DNA of 64,000 nt from Bdellovibrionales bacterium (GCA_027317865.1 DAHVQG010000002.1:192001-256000), one strand, 5' to 3'. Shown: positions 27,023 through 37,408, counted from the stretch's first letter. Numbers and translations are program-made. Notes: a model not told the origin generated them from the letters alone.

Positions 27023-28693
27023 TTACTTAAATATTCGTCGAAAAAAGCCTTTTACTTTTGCCACCATACCGTCGGGGTGGGCATTATTCGATTCAACTGC
27101 TGCCGTCATCGGAGCCGTGCGCGCTGCAAACGATGTGCGATGTTGATTCGCCGCAGACTCAGGTCTGACTTGAGCTTTTGAATGCGGACGATGGGTATAA
27201 CCCGTTTTTTGAAAATTGGATTTTGGCCGAGAGCGATGGCCCGCATTTTGAACCGCTTTCGGTCCGCCTTGTTGAGCCCCGCCTTTTTGTGTTCTTCGAC
27301 TTCGATCTTGGTAATTTCGATCCTGGCCGTTTCGATCCTGGCTTTTTCTATTTTGAAAATCCGCAGGTCGGCGACCGCGCGAAATACCATTTGGCCGTTG
27401 ATCACGAACGGGCTGCCAGGAACTTCGCTGATGCGTTGTCTCACTTATGAATGGTTTATATTCTTTAACAATATCCGAATCTTCAAGCCAAGCAATCGTC
27501 ACTTTATGACCCAAATAGCTTTCGATTCGTTGTAGAGCCTCGACGTCACGATCACTGACTAAACTGAATGCTCGCCCATTGGCACCGGCGCGACCGGTGC
27601 GGCCAATTCGATGCACATAATTTTCAGCATCATCGGGGAGTTCAAAATTGATGATCATGTCGACGCCACGGATATCGAGCCCGCGGGCCGCCAAATCAGT
27701 TGCAACTAAAACATTACGATCATTGCCTACATCTTTAAACATACCCATTATACGCGTGCGCTGTGCTTGCGAAATAAGGCTTGAAATGCCCAATGCAGGT
27801 ACACCGTTTGCAGTTAAAAACTTCGTCACCCGATCAATGTTATGTTTGAAATTGCTAAACACGATGACTTGCTTAGGTTGATATTTTTGAATCAATGACA
27901 AAAGAAATTGCGGCTTTTCGTTCTGCCCAATGTGAAAAATTGCGTCGTCAACGTTTTCCGCCTTAGCTTGATCGCGACTTACGTTCACTTCAACTGGGTT
28001 AGCTCCAAACTCATAAGCCGTGTTGAGAACATCAAAATTGAGTGTCGCGCTAAAAACCAGAAACTGCCGCTCTTTCGGAATCCGCCGCAAAATGTACTTC
28101 ATGTCGTCTTTAAAGCCCATGTCAAACATGCGATCGGCTTCGTCAAAAACAATGGCGCGAACCTGACTGAGATCAACTAAATGTTCTTTGTATAGATCAA
28201 TAAGCCGACCGGGCGTGGCCACAATAAACTCCACGGCTGATTTGAGCGCCGCTTTTTGAGCATCGTAACCTGTGCCACCGTAAATCGCCGACGCTCGTAG
28301 ACCCGCACGAGTGCCAAACAATTTAGCATTTTCGCAAACCTGCTCGGCCAGTTCGCGCGTCGGCACTAAAACCAAAATGAAGTTCGATTTTCGCCAATTC
28401 TTAAATATCGGGCGCGAGGTTTCTTCCTTAGTCGGCAGGCCTTCTTTTACCGGTGCTTCTACGACATCAGCGGTTGAAACATTTGCGGCGTCACGTGAGC
28501 GCAAAAGCCGGTCCATCAAAGGCAGTAAAAATGCGGCCGTCTTGCCGGTTCCGGTTTGAGCAAGGCCCGCGACATCATGGCCTTCTAAAATATGAGGAAT
28601 GGACGACTCTTGTATGGGGGTACATTCGACGAATTTCAATTCGTCAATCCCCGCCTGGATAGACGGGTGCAAATCCAAATCGCTAAAATTCAC
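27023..28693 (-). CDS. DEAD-box RNA helicase (RhlB-like)
   Basis: Q motif, AQTGTGKT, PTREL, TPGR, DEAD, SAT, ARGLD and HRIGRTGR motifs; disordered R/Q-rich tail. Confidence 0.95.
   Translation of the reverse strand: MNFSDLDLHPSIQAGIDELKFVECTPIQESSIPHILEGHDVAGLAQTGTGKTAAFLLPLMDRLLRSRDAANVSTADVVEAPVKEGLPTKEETSRPIFKNWRKSNFILVLVPTRELAEQVCENAKLFGTRAGLRASAIYGGTGYDAQKAALKSAVEFIVATPGRLIDLYKEHLVDLSQVRAIVFDEADRMFDMGFKDDMKYILRRIPKERQFLVFSATLNFDVLNTAYEFGANPVEVNVSRDQAKAENVDDAIFHIGQNEKPQFLLSLIQKYQPKQVIVFSNFKHNIDRVTKFLTANGVPALGISSLISQAQRTRIMGMFKDVGNDRNVLVATDLAARGLDIRGVDMIINFELPDDAENYVHRIGRTGRAGANGRAFSLVSDRDVEALQRIESYLGHKVTIAWLEDSDIVKEYKPFISETTHQRSSWQPVRDQRPNGISRGRRPADFQNRKSQDRNGQDRNYQDRSRRTQKGGAQQGGPKAVQNAGHRSRPKSNFQKTGYTHRPHSKAQVRPESAANQHRTSFAARTAPMTAAVESNNAHPDGMVAKVKGFFRRIFK
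27300..27344 (-). repeat. Three imperfect 15-bp tandem repeats encoding SQDRN/GQDRN/YQDRS in the helicase tail
   Basis: ttcgatc(c/t)tgg recurs at 15-nt spacing on the + strand. Confidence 0.6.
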
Positions 28694-28748
28694 TTTTCCC
28701 TTTCCAACCCAAAAATCAGATCGGTTCTATCGACTCTTGCGCCAAAAG

Positions 28749-29588
28749 TCAAAGTGACGCCAAGAATTCGTCTAAAACCGATATAAATCCTGAAGGATTA
28801 TCAAAATGCACCCAATGTCCAGCACTTGGCACCTCAACCCCACGAATATTGGGGTTATGCAATGCCAGTACTTTTTCAAATTCATCTTTCGGAAAGTCGC
28901 CAGAATGCTCTCCGCGAATAAATAGCGTTGGAATGGTTAAGTCACGAACAGCATCCCACCGAGGCTGAAAATGACCGAGGCGCAAACTGGATAAAATGGC
29001 ATCTTTTGAAAATCGCCAGCTTGCCGTACCGTCGGCACGCGATTCAATGTTGGTGTAAAAATACTGTGCCAAAATATGCGCACGCTGAACAGCATCTGGC
29101 CCTTTTGAATTTTCGGCTAAAACCCGTTCAAACTCGTTGTCGAAATATTGTTTCGCCGCAAATTTATTAGCAAAAGGTACAGGCACCATCTCGACCATGC
29201 GAATGGTCTTTTCCATCGCCGCAAAATTACCTTGTGGGCCTATATCTTCGATGACGAGCCCTTCAAGGCGTTGGGGATATTTTTGCGCAAAATGCAGAGC
29301 ATTTCGACCACCCATCGAATGGCCGATGAGCACGACTTTGTTCCAGTTGAGTTCATCCAAGATCATTTTAAGATCAAGCGAATAGTCTTCGGGAGCATAA
29401 CCCGATTTGGGCTTGAAACTCCAACCGTGCCCGCGTTGATCATAGGTAAGAATACGGTAAGTCTCTTGAAAGTGCGGTACGACTCGACGCCAGTTGGCAC
29501 CAGACCCCATAACTCCATGAAGAAAAACAAGCTTGCGCCCTTCTAGCGGGCCAGAAATTTCGTATTTGAAATTCTCCAGATAGCTCAA
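28749..29588 (-). CDS. Alpha/beta hydrolase (YbfF-like esterase)
   Basis: LHGVMG, DQRGHG, GHSMGG nucleophile elbow, AGHWVH. Confidence 0.92.
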   Translation of the reverse strand: MSYLENFKYEISGPLEGRKLVFLHGVMGSGANWRRVVPHFQETYRILTYDQRGHGWSFKPKSGYAPEDYSLDLKMILDELNWNKVVLIGHSMGGRNALHFAQKYPQRLEGLVIEDIGPQGNFAAMEKTIRMVEMVPVPFANKFAAKQYFDNEFERVLAENSKGPDAVQRAHILAQYFYTNIESRADGTASWRFSKDAILSSLRLGHFQPRWDAVRDLTIPTLFIRGEHSGDFPKDEFEKVLALHNPNIRGVEVPSAGHWVHFDNPSGFISVLDEFLASL

Positions 29589-29640
29589 GGACCTGTCCTC
29601 ATTTGACGCTCGCGTGAGTCGCGTTCATTATGCATGGGTG

Positions 29641-30933
29641 ATGCAAAAGACGCAAACTTCGTCGAAACCTCTTCGCTTGGATCACAAAGCCATCGACCCC
29701 GCCGCGCTTGCCATTGTCGATTCACTGCAATCCCGCGGGTTCACTGCCTATCTTGTTGGCGGCTGCGTGCGCGATTTACTGTTAGGTAAACGCCCAAAAG
29801 ACTTCGATATTGCCACAACTGCACTTCCGCAACAAATCCGCCGGGCTGTCCCCAACGCGTTTATTATCGGCAAACGATTTCGCTTGGTTCTCGTAAAGCG
29901 CGGAAATGTACAATACGAAGTGGCGACTTTTCGCCGCGATGCCCGGCCAAATGAAAACCTTGAAGAATTGCCTCCGGGCGACAACATTTTCGGCACTCCC
30001 CAAGAAGACGCCAAACGCCGCGACTTTACAATCAATGCGCTTTTTTACGACCCTCAATCTGAAGATTTGATTGACTACGCTGGGGGGCTAAAAGATCTCG
30101 ACGCCGGCATAGTTCGAATGATCGGCGACCCCAACGTGCGCCTTATAGAAGACCCGATTCGCATCCTGCGCGGCATTCGCCTTGCGCACATGATTCGTTT
30201 TCGTTTGGAATCAGGTCTTAAATCCTCGATGGGCAAAACCGCACCCGAACTCAAAAAAACCGCCTTACCAAGAAGGCGCGAAGAAATTCTGAAATTTTTA
30301 AGACTTGACGATCCCTCGCTGGCCTTTTTGACCGCCTACGATTTGGGCGTTCTCGCGTCTGTAAGCCCCACACTCGACAAATTTTTATCGCACGGTACTT
30401 ATGCCGAAACTTTCGTACAACATCTCTCCTCATTTCACGACCACGAACTGAGCACGCCGGTTGAACTTTTCGGCGGCATGATGTTGGCCTTTTTGCTCAC
30501 CGAAACAGGCGGCGAACTCGTTGGCCATTCGGGCGACGAATTCCGGGCTCGGGATATTCTCGAACACAAAACGCTACACCCGATGATGCAAACTGAACTT
30601 GGCATGTTTAAAAACGAACAAACCGTTTTTGCTAAAGCCGTGCAGCTTATGGCATTGCTAAAAAAACGCCGCGAATTTGAAAGACGCGGAGAACGTCGCC
30701 AAAAAGCGGTCGTTTTCAGCGAAGCCTTCCCGTTAGCGCTCAAGCTCGCGGAACATATTCACTGGCTTTCGCCAAGTGATCTGCATTTTTGGCGCGAAAT
30801 CGGCGCAAAGTCAGGACGAAGCCGACCGAAGCGACCGCGCAGAAGGCGCCGTCGTCATCCGCCAACGGCACCTGGCCCAGCTGCTCCAGCACCTGAAGGG
30901 GCGGAACACAAATCGTCAAAATCAACAGCATAG
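29641..30933 (+). CDS. pcnB: Poly(A) polymerase I
   Basis: LVGGCVRDLLLG..PKDFDIAT, the PAP-specific IIGKRFRLVLV motif, RRDFTINAL and EDPIRILR; Arg-rich tail. Confidence 0.92.
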   Translation: MQKTQTSSKPLRLDHKAIDPAALAIVDSLQSRGFTAYLVGGCVRDLLLGKRPKDFDIATTALPQQIRRAVPNAFIIGKRFRLVLVKRGNVQYEVATFRRDARPNENLEELPPGDNIFGTPQEDAKRRDFTINALFYDPQSEDLIDYAGGLKDLDAGIVRMIGDPNVRLIEDPIRILRGIRLAHMIRFRLESGLKSSMGKTAPELKKTALPRRREEILKFLRLDDPSLAFLTAYDLGVLASVSPTLDKFLSHGTYAETFVQHLSSFHDHELSTPVELFGGMMLAFLLTETGGELVGHSGDEFRARDILEHKTLHPMMQTELGMFKNEQTVFAKAVQLMALLKKRREFERRGERRQKAVVFSEAFPLALKLAEHIHWLSPSDLHFWREIGAKSGRSRPKRPRRRRRRHPPTAPGPAAPAPEGAEHKSSKSTA

Positions 30934-31976
30934 CCTTGAAGTCTCGCGTTGTTTTCAATCGTCGTGAAAAATCTCTCCCGCGAATCGTCGTCCTGAAACT
31001 TCAGTCCAATTTTGCAGGCATTTAAAGCCGCATCATGAAATTCCGTCGGAGTTAGGTCGAAAGCTTGCAGATTCTCATAGACTTGCATTGTCCCGTCGAG
31101 GTCCGAGGACGAATTATCAAGCAAAGTCTTATCAAGCGCGTTTAGATAAGCACCACGCACATCCGCATCGCTATGAATCGTTGCCTTGCCAAACTGACTG
31201 AAAAACGCAACCTTGGCCGGCCCCTGAACGGACGCGTTTTCGTTAAATGTATCAATTAATTCTTGATCGCTCAGGTTTCGCTCGGCTAACAGTTTTGCCG
31301 CGTAAATTTGCACGTTATTTTGCGGTATACGAAGGGCTCTCATGACTTCTTCATTCGACGCCTGGGCGACCGAAAAACCATTTGCTTCCGCATCATAAGC
31401 GTAGTTAAGCGCCCGCCACAAAATAGTTTCTAGCGGATGCTGCCCGTCGATCCTATAATTTGAACCCAGATCTTTCACGCCACAGGCCTTAGGAGCAATT
31501 AAACAGTTCGTAACGCTATTAATGAGTACTCCGGACGCTTTAACATATTGCTGAATATCATTGTAATTATCCTCGCCGAATAGCGACGAAAAATCTTCAC
31601 CTTTACCAAGAATTCCAAGAAAATTAACCACATCCGGGCGCGTGGCAAGCGACGCCAACACGGGATGGTCTAGAAGCTCGGCCACATATGTATTTTGATC
31701 GGCAACCGCGCGCGCGACCGATGTTGATATTCCACTACCGCCTTTTGCTTGGTTTTCAATCGGCGCATTTTTTGTAACTGCCGGCTGAACATTGTTTTTT
31801 ACTAAATATTTTTTATTTGAATCATGGCGCGGCGTTAACGGCGCACCTGTATTTCTAACTGTTTCCCTTGCTTGAGCCGATCTTTTAATAATTTGCCAAC
31901 TTGAAGCTCCCACCCAAAGGCTCAGCCCTGTGATTACGATTAATAATGTAATTTCAATCAGCGTCAGGTTTTTCAT
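30855..31976 (-). CDS. Membrane-anchored hypothetical protein (helical periplasmic domain)
   Basis: The ATG at 31976 is 8 nt after the upstream stop; single N-terminal TM helix; 3' end overlaps pcnB. Confidence 0.7.
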   Translation of the reverse strand: MKNLTLIEITLLIVITGLSLWVGASSWQIIKRSAQARETVRNTGAPLTPRHDSNKKYLVKNNVQPAVTKNAPIENQAKGGSGISTSVARAVADQNTYVAELLDHPVLASLATRPDVVNFLGILGKGEDFSSLFGEDNYNDIQQYVKASGVLINSVTNCLIAPKACGVKDLGSNYRIDGQHPLETILWRALNYAYDAEANGFSVAQASNEEVMRALRIPQNNVQIYAAKLLAERNLSDQELIDTFNENASVQGPAKVAFFSQFGKATIHSDADVRGAYLNALDKTLLDNSSSDLDGTMQVYENLQAFDLTPTEFHDAALNACKIGLKFQDDDSRERFFTTIENNARLQGYAVDFDDLCSAPSGAGAAGPGAVGG

Positions 31977-31984
31977 CTTCAATC

Positions 31985-33931
31985 TCAATTCGCGCCCGCA
32001 AGAGGCTGAAACCGGTCGGCCGGAGCCCAAAGAGTACTTGCGCCCGATTGCCCGACAATAATTTTCAACCACTTTGCGCCGGTCGATATATTTACAGTCG
32101 ATTTCAACACCGTCACAATTTGACCCGGCGAGAGGGAGACATACGAAGCCGTCGCAAGCGCGCTTGGCAAAGTTTTAGGAGTCACCTCACCTTTGCCGAT
32201 AACAAACGCAAGGTAGCTTTTTTTATTAGATGCCGTCGGCGGGAGCCTTTTAAGATCCGCCATTGGAACGAAAAAGTACGGCCCCTTACAAGCGTCGGCA
32301 AGGGCCGGAGGTTTGAAGAATGGTTGAAAAAAATTAGCCGCTGCGTACACGACCGTCCCGGTGTGATCGATCATTTTGTACCACAATCGTCCGTACTTAT
32401 CGGTTGCTGTCGAGACGAGTGCAAATGTCGGCGAATTTCGGCGCGCATCTCGGCGTGCAATATAGAGGACATTATTGTGACCGTAGCGCCTTGGTATACG
32501 CGGTGAGTTTCGTACGCGTACAGCCCAAATTCCTTTTTTGAGTTTGAGCATTGCCACTGTACCCAGATGAGCGAACGACACGTATTTGGGTAATTCAATT
32601 ACTCCCCAACCTTGTCGATCCGAGCCCGGCAATGTCGAAACAACTCGGACTCGCTCCCGTCCGAAGCCCGCGCTTGTGAGATATCCACAAGCGTATTTTG
32701 GTTTCGCGAGTGGGCCATAATAAATTGTGCTTCGGCCCCGGCGCAAAAAGTGGTTCGGAACGATCAGAGTTCGGCTGGGCATTGTCCATGTGCCATATGG
32801 GGTACTTGATGATTCTAATATTTTATCAAGAGCCGAATGGCGCTCCGGCACCATCTGGCGAGAAAATGCCGCTCTGAAATTTGCAACAATCTCGTTAAGA
32901 GCGTCGCGCTCAACTGAGCCCTCAGGCAAATATTTGTGCCATATACTTGAATCGTTGCGAACAATCGACATCAAGTCGTCATAAAATTGCGCATTTGGCC
33001 TGCTTACATCGCAAAGCGGTTGGCCGTTGTAAGTATAGCTCCAATCCGTGACGGCAAGACTCGCCCAAATCGCCGGTTTTGAATATCCCTCTGAAAAACG
33101 ATAAGGAAAAGGATTAGTAGGTCGAATACAGGAGAATTCTGGCGACATGAGTTTATCACGTAACTCCTGGTAGCCGGACCAAATATAGTCAATACCCGCA
33201 TCAATCGAACGATAAACATTCAAAAGAATGGTTGGGTCCATCGCGCCGGGGTGAAATCGCGCGTTCATTTGCATAATGCCGATATCACCGCTTTTCGCAT
33301 ATATCATTTGTTCAACATTGGGCGCGGCTTTGACATAGCGACAGTCTGGAATAAGCGGCCTCAATGGATTGCGGTAAATTGGCGCTAAAACCGCACGAGT
33401 TTCGGGTCCGAACTCGCGTCGACCTCCGAAACCAGCGAGCGAATTCGAAATTTGGCTGCAGTTTTGACCATCTGCTTGGCGAAAGTGTATACCGCGGCTT
33501 TCGTGTTGAACAATGGCAAGCGCCAGAACCAGAAAAGTATAATAAGAGTAATTTCTATTTGACCCGGCTTTATATCCCCAAAGTGGCTGGTAATGAATTT
33601 TTGCATCAGCTTGGCGAATGATATGCCGAAAAATAAGTTCGAAATAATTTTGCAGGGGGCCGTCGTCAAATAGAGGGCCTATAGCCTTTACATCGGGAGT
33701 GAACGTCAAATAATTGAAGACGTTCGGATCAACAGATATAGGAGCGAGCCTGAGTGTAAACCCTTTAGACATCGAGGGAGTATTTACGTATGCCACCGCG
33801 TTATTGCATAACGCAAAATTTGTCAGTGTAAACGCAGCCAAAATGACTGTTTTTGTCACCCAGCTTTGTCGCAAACGGCTTATTTTTTCGCTGAACTTAA
33901 AAACGCCCATTGACTTCAAGGTTATCTGCAA
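31985..33931 (-). CDS. Secreted lysozyme-like/SLT-motif protein with C-terminal SH3b-like repeats
   Basis: Signal peptide; AIVQHES...DIGIMQMN...N...GIDYI...YN resembles SLT motifs I-III; C-terminal VRVRNSP, WYKM...VYAAANF and WLKIIV...LWAPADRF resemble SH3b. Confidence 0.65.
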   Translation of the reverse strand: MQITLKSMGVFKFSEKISRLRQSWVTKTVILAAFTLTNFALCNNAVAYVNTPSMSKGFTLRLAPISVDPNVFNYLTFTPDVKAIGPLFDDGPLQNYFELIFRHIIRQADAKIHYQPLWGYKAGSNRNYSYYTFLVLALAIVQHESRGIHFRQADGQNCSQISNSLAGFGGRREFGPETRAVLAPIYRNPLRPLIPDCRYVKAAPNVEQMIYAKSGDIGIMQMNARFHPGAMDPTILLNVYRSIDAGIDYIWSGYQELRDKLMSPEFSCIRPTNPFPYRFSEGYSKPAIWASLAVTDWSYTYNGQPLCDVSRPNAQFYDDLMSIVRNDSSIWHKYLPEGSVERDALNEIVANFRAAFSRQMVPERHSALDKILESSSTPYGTWTMPSRTLIVPNHFLRRGRSTIYYGPLAKPKYACGYLTSAGFGRERVRVVSTLPGSDRQGWGVIELPKYVSFAHLGTVAMLKLKKGIWAVRVRNSPRIPRRYGHNNVLYIARRDARRNSPTFALVSTATDKYGRLWYKMIDHTGTVVYAAANFFQPFFKPPALADACKGPYFFVPMADLKRLPPTASNKKSYLAFVIGKGEVTPKTLPSALATASYVSLSPGQIVTVLKSTVNISTGAKWLKIIVGQSGASTLWAPADRFQPLAGAN

Positions 33932-33990
33932 ATACGACTCCGTTTATAGTTCATAAGATCTCGTAATTTCAGAGATAAAAAAGGAGCGCC

Positions 33991-34251
33991 ATGGGCGATT
34001 TTAGTATTTGGCATCTAATCATCATCGCGGGGATCGCTTTGTTACTTTTCGGCCCCAGCCGTTTACCAAAACTAGGTAAATCTCTTGGTGAAGCTATCCG
34101 TGACTTCAAAAAAGGTCTCAATGGTGACGAGATCGATGTCACAAGTACTTCGCAGCGCGACCAAATCCAAGCGCCTGATCAACAAACTGTTGGTAGAGAA
34201 CGACAAGCCAACTCTCAGCCGCAGACCGAACAAGATAAGCACAAAGTTTAA
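33991..34251 (+). CDS. tatA: Sec-independent translocase TatA
   Basis: IWHLIII...LLLFGPSRLPKLGKSLGEAIRDFKKG; AAGGAG SD. Confidence 0.96.
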   Translation: MGDFSIWHLIIIAGIALLLFGPSRLPKLGKSLGEAIRDFKKGLNGDEIDVTSTSQRDQIQAPDQQTVGRERQANSQPQTEQDKHKV

Positions 34252-36314
34252 ATCGTGCGAACAGCATCGGCGATTGAGTGAGCATCAAGCCGATGTTTAC
34301 GATAAAGGTCGGCGGCTTTGTACGCACTTTGACCAAATTCGCCGGTTACACCCAAAGAGCGAACACTAAGATTCTGCCCTTCACAAAGTAACTTTTGAAT
34401 TAAAATGCCCCCCATACCACAGATCAACTGATGGTCTTCAACTGTGATCAGACTCCCGCCCGTGTTTCGCAGACAGGCACGAAGAGTTGAAAGGTCAGGG
34501 TTGTTGATGCAAGACGGATTGACGACGCATACACCGATCTTTTCTTTCTCAAGCTCGTAGGCAGCCTCAAGCGCTTGATGAAGTAGCGGCCCCGCCGCAA
34601 CAATTGTCGCCTTGCCCGAACACTTATCGGTATTGTCGAAAACGACTTGCGCGTGCCCGAGTTTGTACGGGTACTCAGCAGGTAAATAACTGCGCGGAAA
34701 GTTTTCTCGGCCCAAGAAAAAAATCTGACTTCGTGGCACCCGGCCAGCTTTGCGATCTTCAGCGAATTTCAGTATCGCTTGTTCAACAAGAGCTTCGGCT
34801 TCAGAACTTGAAGTCAAACTGTAAACATCGCTCATCGGAATAGCCGATGTCATTGCAAAATAGGTAAGCGCCTGATGAGAGGCTCCGTCCGCCGCATCTT
34901 GAAAACCCGTGTGTGAAAAAAAGGCGATCATCGGTGCTTCAGATAACGATGCCATAATGAGCGGCAACGCGCCTTTGGTCACTCCAAACTGCGCAAACGT
35001 ATCGACTACAGGAATATACCCTTCTTTTGAAAGCCCTGCGGCCATGCTGATCATATTCGATTCAGCTACGCCGACATCTTGCGAAGAATTGCGAAATTCT
35101 TTTTGAAAAGAGGCAAGCCCGGTTGAACCGGGCAAATCGGCGGAGATAGAAATAAGTGGCAAACCCGCCTTTTTTATTTTTATCAGCGCTCGCCCAACAC
35201 CCGCCTGCACTTTTTCAGTTATGGCTATTGCTTCTGCGGTTGTTGCGGCGCCCGCCGCTGACGCCTTTTTAGCTTTTGATTGCTCAACAAGTTTGTCGCA
35301 CCAATCGTAAAATTCTTTTGGAACTGACCCCGCCTCGTCCGCTTCTTTTTTGTACTGATAAATTTCGTCAATGAACGCCTTTAGTTCTTCGGGGTTTGAA
35401 AGCGGAAAACCGTGCCCACCAGACGCGGACTTTTCTGTTTTCACCGTGCCATAACCTTTTATGGTGTGCGCATGAATAGCAACGGGCGTTCTCGGATTTT
35501 GGCGCGCTTGTGCAATCGCCGTTTCGATGACATCCATACATTTTTGCAGATCGTGGCCGTTTTCAATTTCAATTACCCTCCAGCCCAATACACTTAAGGA
35601 TGCAAATGATGGCTGCATAGAAAACGCGTCTTGATCGATCCGACCCGAAAGTTTGGTATTGTTGTCGCTGATAATGAGAACGTAAGGATTCATTTTGTCA
35701 TGAGCCGCTAGCCCCGGAATGGCCGCAAGCGCTTCTCGAGCTTCGCCCTCCATGCACGCGCCGTCAGAAATAGTGGTTACAGTTACGCGATCACGCACGG
35801 CTATCCGGTCGCCGAAACAAAGGCCCTGCGACTGCGGTAAACAAGAACCCAAAGGACCATTACTCAGATACACGGCCTGCGGGAAGAGATGAACCTCGCC
35901 ATGACCAGTGAGGCGACTATCAAGGGCGCGAAAACTTCTTAGTGTTTCTAACGACAAATCGGCAAAACCATAATTCGCCTTGAGCGCGTAGAGACCGTTT
36001 TCACAGTGACCCGCATCGTTAATTAAGTGAAAAAGTTCGTGCCACGGCCGACGTTTCGCGCGAGCCTCGTGAAAAACAATCCCGTGAAGAGCTGACATAA
36101 GTTCCGCAAGCGCAGATGGTCCGCCAAAATGTGAAGCGGCCCCGCCCAGCACCGCTTGCATATCCATAAGAGCGACCATGGCGCGTGTCGCGTTTGGATC
36201 AGCAACTTGAATTTCTTCGCCAGAACGCAGATGGACGTTAACAAAATAACGAGGTTCAGTTTTAGGCGTATCCGCGAGTTTGGTTTTGATCTGCAGCGGT
36301 GTAATAGCTTCCAT
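34248..36314 (-). CDS. tkt: Transketolase (single chain)
   Basis: SHFGG, AGH, TGH, GPLG, the TPP motif SDG..MEG...DNN, TIKGYG, SADL, GVAE.NM and DGASHQ. Confidence 0.85.
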   Translation of the reverse strand: MEAITPLQIKTKLADTPKTEPRYFVNVHLRSGEEIQVADPNATRAMVALMDMQAVLGGAASHFGGPSALAELMSALHGIVFHEARAKRRPWHELFHLINDAGHCENGLYALKANYGFADLSLETLRSFRALDSRLTGHGEVHLFPQAVYLSNGPLGSCLPQSQGLCFGDRIAVRDRVTVTTISDGACMEGEAREALAAIPGLAAHDKMNPYVLIISDNNTKLSGRIDQDAFSMQPSFASLSVLGWRVIEIENGHDLQKCMDVIETAIAQARQNPRTPVAIHAHTIKGYGTVKTEKSASGGHGFPLSNPEELKAFIDEIYQYKKEADEAGSVPKEFYDWCDKLVEQSKAKKASAAGAATTAEAIAITEKVQAGVGRALIKIKKAGLPLISISADLPGSTGLASFQKEFRNSSQDVGVAESNMISMAAGLSKEGYIPVVDTFAQFGVTKGALPLIMASLSEAPMIAFFSHTGFQDAADGASHQALTYFAMTSAIPMSDVYSLTSSSEAEALVEQAILKFAEDRKAGRVPRSQIFFLGRENFPRSYLPAEYPYKLGHAQVVFDNTDKCSGKATIVAAGPLLHQALEAAYELEKEKIGVCVVNPSCINNPDLSTLRACLRNTGGSLITVEDHQLICGMGGILIQKLLCEGQNLSVRSLGVTGEFGQSAYKAADLYRKHRLDAHSIADAVRTI

Positions 36315-36389
36315 GATTCATGCGTCGGCTCAACTTTGGCGACGCCTCCTCGCTTGATTAGTAAGTGCAAAGCACCTATACGTCAATAA

Positions 36390-37406
36390 ATGGAAAGCGA
36401 AACACACAAACAGCTTATTAAGTTACCTAAGGTTGAACTGCACCGGCACCTGGAGCTCTCAATTCGCCACTCCACCATCAAAGAACTGGCGCCGAATTTT
36501 GACATTGATCTTCCGGATGAGCAGACGTTTTTGGATCGTTTTGTTATTCGTGAGCCGATGCGAAATCTGGGCGATGTTTTGAATAAATTTTTAGATACTC
36601 AACTGCTTCTGGCCAGCGAAGAAATTTTGGACCGCATAACTTACGAAGCTTGCATTGACGCGTTTAACGAAGGCATCCGCGTCCTCGAGCTTCGCTACGC
36701 CCCCACATTTGTGCGCCATCGTCATGAAAGCATGAGTTTTCAGAAAATTCACAACGCAATTGTCAAGGGCATGCGCCGCGCTGAAAGCGAATGTGCCATT
36801 GCGGTTGGAATTATTTGTATAATCCAACGTATCCTCCCTGTTAAAGACGCAGAGGCGGTGACCGCGTTTGCTATTGAAAACAAAGACTCATTTATTGGGC
36901 TCGATCTAGCTGACAACGAAGATGGCTTTGACTCAAAACCATTTTCGCCGTTTTTTATGCGTGCGAAATCGGCCGGCCTTGGAATTACGGTTCACGCCGG
37001 CGAAGTCAATTTGCCCAGTTCTCCGCGAAATGTTAAAGACGCGATCGATTATTTGGGCGCGACCCGGATCGGGCACGGCGTGCGAATTTACGCCGACCCC
37101 GAGGTGATTCAGTATGTTCGCAACCGCGGAGTTGTTCTCGAACTTTGCCCAACGAGCAATTATTTGACTCAAGCAGTATCAGGCGGATTTTCGGATCTTC
37201 CGTACCGTCAGCTGTTTGACTCCGGAGTTCGCGTCACGTTCAATACAGATGATCCCGGCATTTTTGCGACTAACCTCGTTCACGAATATGAAATTTTGCG
37301 GGAGCATTGCGGGTTCACAATCGAAGATCTAAAACGCAGTAACGAAACTGCAAAATCCGCGAGTTTTATCTCCCAAAACAAAATTGCAAAAGTTTGGTCG
37401 CAATAA
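36390..37406 (+). CDS. add: Adenosine deaminase
   Basis: LPKVELHRHLE, ELRYAP, TVHAGE, RIGHG, CPTSN and NTDDP motifs. Confidence 0.93.
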   Translation: MESETHKQLIKLPKVELHRHLELSIRHSTIKELAPNFDIDLPDEQTFLDRFVIREPMRNLGDVLNKFLDTQLLLASEEILDRITYEACIDAFNEGIRVLELRYAPTFVRHRHESMSFQKIHNAIVKGMRRAESECAIAVGIICIIQRILPVKDAEAVTAFAIENKDSFIGLDLADNEDGFDSKPFSPFFMRAKSAGLGITVHAGEVNLPSSPRNVKDAIDYLGATRIGHGVRIYADPEVIQYVRNRGVVLELCPTSNYLTQAVSGGFSDLPYRQLFDSGVRVTFNTDDPGIFATNLVHEYEILREHCGFTIEDLKRSNETAKSASFISQNKIAKVWSQ

Positions 37407-37408
37407 GG

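Noticed and set aside
33840-33931. Tat signal in the SLT/SH3 protein, suggested by the divergent tatA
   Set aside because: The N-region has SRLRQ, not a twin-arginine motif.
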